DNA from: Candidatus Pacearchaeota archaeon
GTDB lineage: Archaea > Nanobdellota > Nanobdellia > Pacearchaeales > GW2011-AR1
Direction of reading: 5' to 3'
Assembly (NCBI GenBank): GCA_018303785.1
Contig: JAGVXM010000035.1
Location: forward strand, 1 to 44,750
Length of the DNA: 44,750 bases
In this document: positions 42,855 to 44,750 of the stretch, one piece after another
How the letters are laid out: each line of letters begins with the position of its first letter
Numbering within the stretch: the stretch's first letter is position 1
Notes under the pieces: model-generated
What the model was told of the DNA's origin: nothing
The model's input: the letters and a program-made list of their open reading frames with translations, nothing else
Database searches by the model: none
Position numbers and translations under genes: made by a program

Positions 42855-44750
42855 TTACAATTTCTCAATATCCTTTTTGAATTGTTCGATTTCACTTAAT
42901 ATGCCTTTAGCATTATCTGGATTAACCTTATCATTTTTGCCGATTCTATTTTTCAAATCATCAAATTTCGTTTCTAAAATAAAAATATTTTTTCCCTGCG
43001 ATTTTTTTTCATCTAAGCCTTTCTTTAACTTATTCATTTCCTCTTTCAACGAAATTTCTTTCTCGGGATTTTTCTGGAGGAATTTTTTGCGCTCCTTCTT
43101 TCCAGCAGAAATACCTTCTAATACCTCTTGGCTGGATATTTTCTTTCTGACAATATGTTCCGGTTTTTTCTGAATATGGACCCATGTCTCTTTTAATTTT
43201 TGTTTCAAAGGTTCCAAATACATATCTGCCATTTGGAATTGACCATCCGTAACTTTAGCACGAGTTAATTTTAATTCTAACTCCAAATCAAATACATCAA
43301 CCTTATATTTAATCAATTGTTCAACTTGATATTCAATATCCTCAATTTCCAAAGAGTATCCCTCATATTTCTTAAGCTCGTCGTTAGTCAAACGTCGAGT
43401 ACTATGCAGCAATGGCCTGAATGAAATAAAATAAGGTTTTCCATTATTATATTCTGCATTAACAAACATTCCGGTTCCTATTGGCTCCTTTACAACTGAT
43501 TTCAAAACATCCTCGCCAAATTTCATATTTACTCGTTCTAAATCTCCTTCATATCGAGTTCTCATTTGAATTTCTGTTCCAATGTTTGCCTTAACTTCAC
43601 CAACAAAGTCGCTTAAAACTTGCGAAATTAATATTAAACCAATTCCCCACTTTCTAAATTCTCTCGCACCTCGCTCTAATTGTATAAATCCTCTGCCGCT
43701 GCCTCCAAACTTAGGAAGCAGTCTATGAACCTCATCGTACACTAACAAAGTTTTCAAATCCGTAGATTCCTCCAAATTAATCTTGAAAACCTGTTCTATA
43801 GTTGCAGCAACAGCGATATCAATCTGTTGAGGAGTTAAATTACTGATATTAATTATTGTAATTTCTCCTGGCCTATTCATGTATTTAACAATCTCAATAA
43901 CTTCATACGGATCTCGGATTGTTTTAATTGTTCCGCTAAAAGCACGAGCATTCTTTGGATTCATTTCAAAATATTTGAAACGTTTAAGCATGGTTTTATC
44001 CTCTCCTTTTCTTAAAAATCCGGTCCATTGTGCAGTCGGATCAAAAACAATAACACTCTTTCCATGCAACAAAGCCTCTTCAATAATACTTTGCGCAGCA
44101 ACAGTTTTTCCGCTTCCCGTCGCTCCTGCAATTAACATGTGAGTTTGCAATTTGTTCAAATCTGCAAATGTCCTAATATCAGTTTCAGCAACCTTTCCAA
44201 TAAATGCTGCATGCGGTCCCGGTTGTGGTAATTTAGCACTATCCACTTTAACTTTGAATCTTTTCTTTCTAAATTCAAGCCAACGAAAATAAAATACAGT
44301 GCCAACAGCCAACCCTATAACAATAACTGATATAAAGTAAACCCAAAAAGGTATACCAAATATCTTCCTCAAAAATAATGGGTAATCAACGCTAATATAT
44401 GCAATTGACGATGCCTGCATCGGCTGTTCAACATTCAAATAATATGCAGTTGCCTTAACCATGTATTTTCCCGTCGAAACATGTTCAGGAATAGGTAATT
44501 CTTTTATAACACTTAAAGAGGTCTCAACAGCAAAACTTTCTTCCTGTCTCGTAACAATTTCACCCGTATCAGGATTCAACAATTGTAAATCAAACTGAAT
44601 ATCAACTCGTTTTGTTTTTCCAAGGTTCAATACATCCGTCTGCAATCGTAACGTGTCTCCAGGCGTTACTCGAGATTGTAACGGCTGTATTTTCAAATCC
44701 AATAACTTTCCTTCAGGTGTCAATACTCGAATCGTTGTAGGTATAGTTCC
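42855..44750 (-). CDS. Membrane-anchored HerA/FtsK-superfamily (DUF87-like) ATPase with an extracytoplasmic N-terminal beta domain; 5' end outside the window
   Basis: The frame stays open to the window edge. CARDB-like ectodomain (VTPGDTLRLQTDVLNLG…GKYMVKATAYY). One TM (FWVYFISVIVIGLAVGTVFYF). Walker A LIAGATGSGKT. Walker B LLVYDEVHRL. ILISQVLSDF. C-terminal coiled coil. Confidence 0.75.
   Translation of the reverse strand, partial: GTIPTTIRVLTPEGKLLDLKIQPLQSRVTPGDTLRLQTDVLNLGKTKRVDIQFDLQLLNPDTGEIVTRQEESFAVETSLSVIKELPIPEHVSTGKYMVKATAYYLNVEQPMQASSIAYISVDYPLFLRKIFGIPFWVYFISVIVIGLAVGTVFYFRWLEFRKKRFKVKVDSAKLPQPGPHAAFIGKVAETDIRTFADLNKLQTHMLIAGATGSGKTVAAQSIIEEALLHGKSVIVFDPTAQWTGFLRKGEDKTMLKRFKYFEMNPKNARAFSGTIKTIRDPYEVIEIVKYMNRPGEITIINISNLTPQQIDIAVAATIEQVFKINLEESTDLKTLLVYDEVHRLLPKFGGSGRGFIQLERGAREFRKWGIGLILISQVLSDFVGEVKANIGTEIQMRTRYEGDLERVNMKFGEDVLKSVVKEPIGTGMFVNAEYNNGKPYFISFRPLLHSTRRLTNDELKKYEGYSLEIEDIEYQVEQLIKYKVDVFDLELELKLTRAKVTDGQFQMADMYLEPLKQKLKETWVHIQKKPEHIVRKKISSQEVLEGISAGKKERKKFLQKNPEKEISLKEEMNKLKKGLDEKKSQGKNIFILETKFDDLKNRIGKNDKVNPDNAKGILSEIEQFKKDIEKL

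Noticed and set aside
511-43173. Numerous 60-130-aa ORFs antisense to or nested in large genes (for example 511..711, 1030..1212, 4447..4647, 4709..5005, 10005..10217, 13187..13459, 18384..18692, 19152..19460, 22650..22886, 24732..25050, 30392..30661, 32249..32819, 33988..34224, 34392..37519 set, 39018..39203, 40535..40878, 41624..42669, 42877..44142)
   Set aside because: All lie within, and mostly opposite to, long ORFs with clear homology or domain signatures. Their products are Phe/Ile/Ser/Leu-rich, as expected from antisense AT-rich coding DNA.
1-44750. CRISPR array, rRNA or tRNA genes
   Set aside because: I saw no regularly spaced direct repeats with unique spacers and no GC-rich structured segments of tRNA or rRNA type anywhere in the window.

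Overview
This is an AT-rich archaeal chromosome segment. The gene content includes aIF2-beta, aIF5B, an LSm protein, eS31/S27ae and an archaeosine-type tRNA-guanine transglycosylase. TATA boxes sit about 26 nt upstream of most start codons. Genes are small and tightly packed, and many encode surface proteins. Together this suggests a DPANN-like archaeon, which is an inference only. I support about 45 protein genes and saw no rRNA, tRNA or CRISPR array.

Housekeeping genes, all intact: rnz, LSm, tgt, rhomboid, scpA, rps27ae, aIF2-beta, an RPA-like OB-fold protein, a CsaA-like tRNA-binding protein, minD, gatB, aIF5B, cyclophilin, truB, a ZIP transporter, and a gyrB-cupin-gyrA operon.

Main observations:
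1. A defence island lies between the cyclophilin gene and truB (about 20.5-26.3 kb). It holds a type IIG restriction-modification gene translationally coupled to two small membrane proteins. One of these is a zincin-like HExxH protein with an in-frame TAG inside the motif. The island also holds a wHTH-MNT/HEPN pair, 5' stumps of a type I R-M system (hsdM, hsdR), and a decayed Cas4-like nuclease.
2. gyrB carries a 431-aa intein in the Toprim motif. The intein has an HNH endonuclease and a Trp-containing repeat array.
3. A cupin gene sits between gyrB and gyrA, and GyrA has a strongly acidic N-terminal extension.
4. A 44-nt hairpin element occurs twice (9357 and 11657) and shows a compensatory stem change. 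The second copy is followed by a run of further hairpins.
5. The scpA/rps27ae spacer contains a candidate structured RNA.
6. At least six accessory genes are disrupted by indels or stop codons, while all core genes are intact.
7. Cell-surface genes include tandem pilin-like paralogs, a 1135-aa protein with about 55 N-glycosylation sequons, and a membrane-anchored HerA/FtsK-like ATPase followed by a coiled-coil protein.

All functional calls come from motif recognition by eye. No database search was run.
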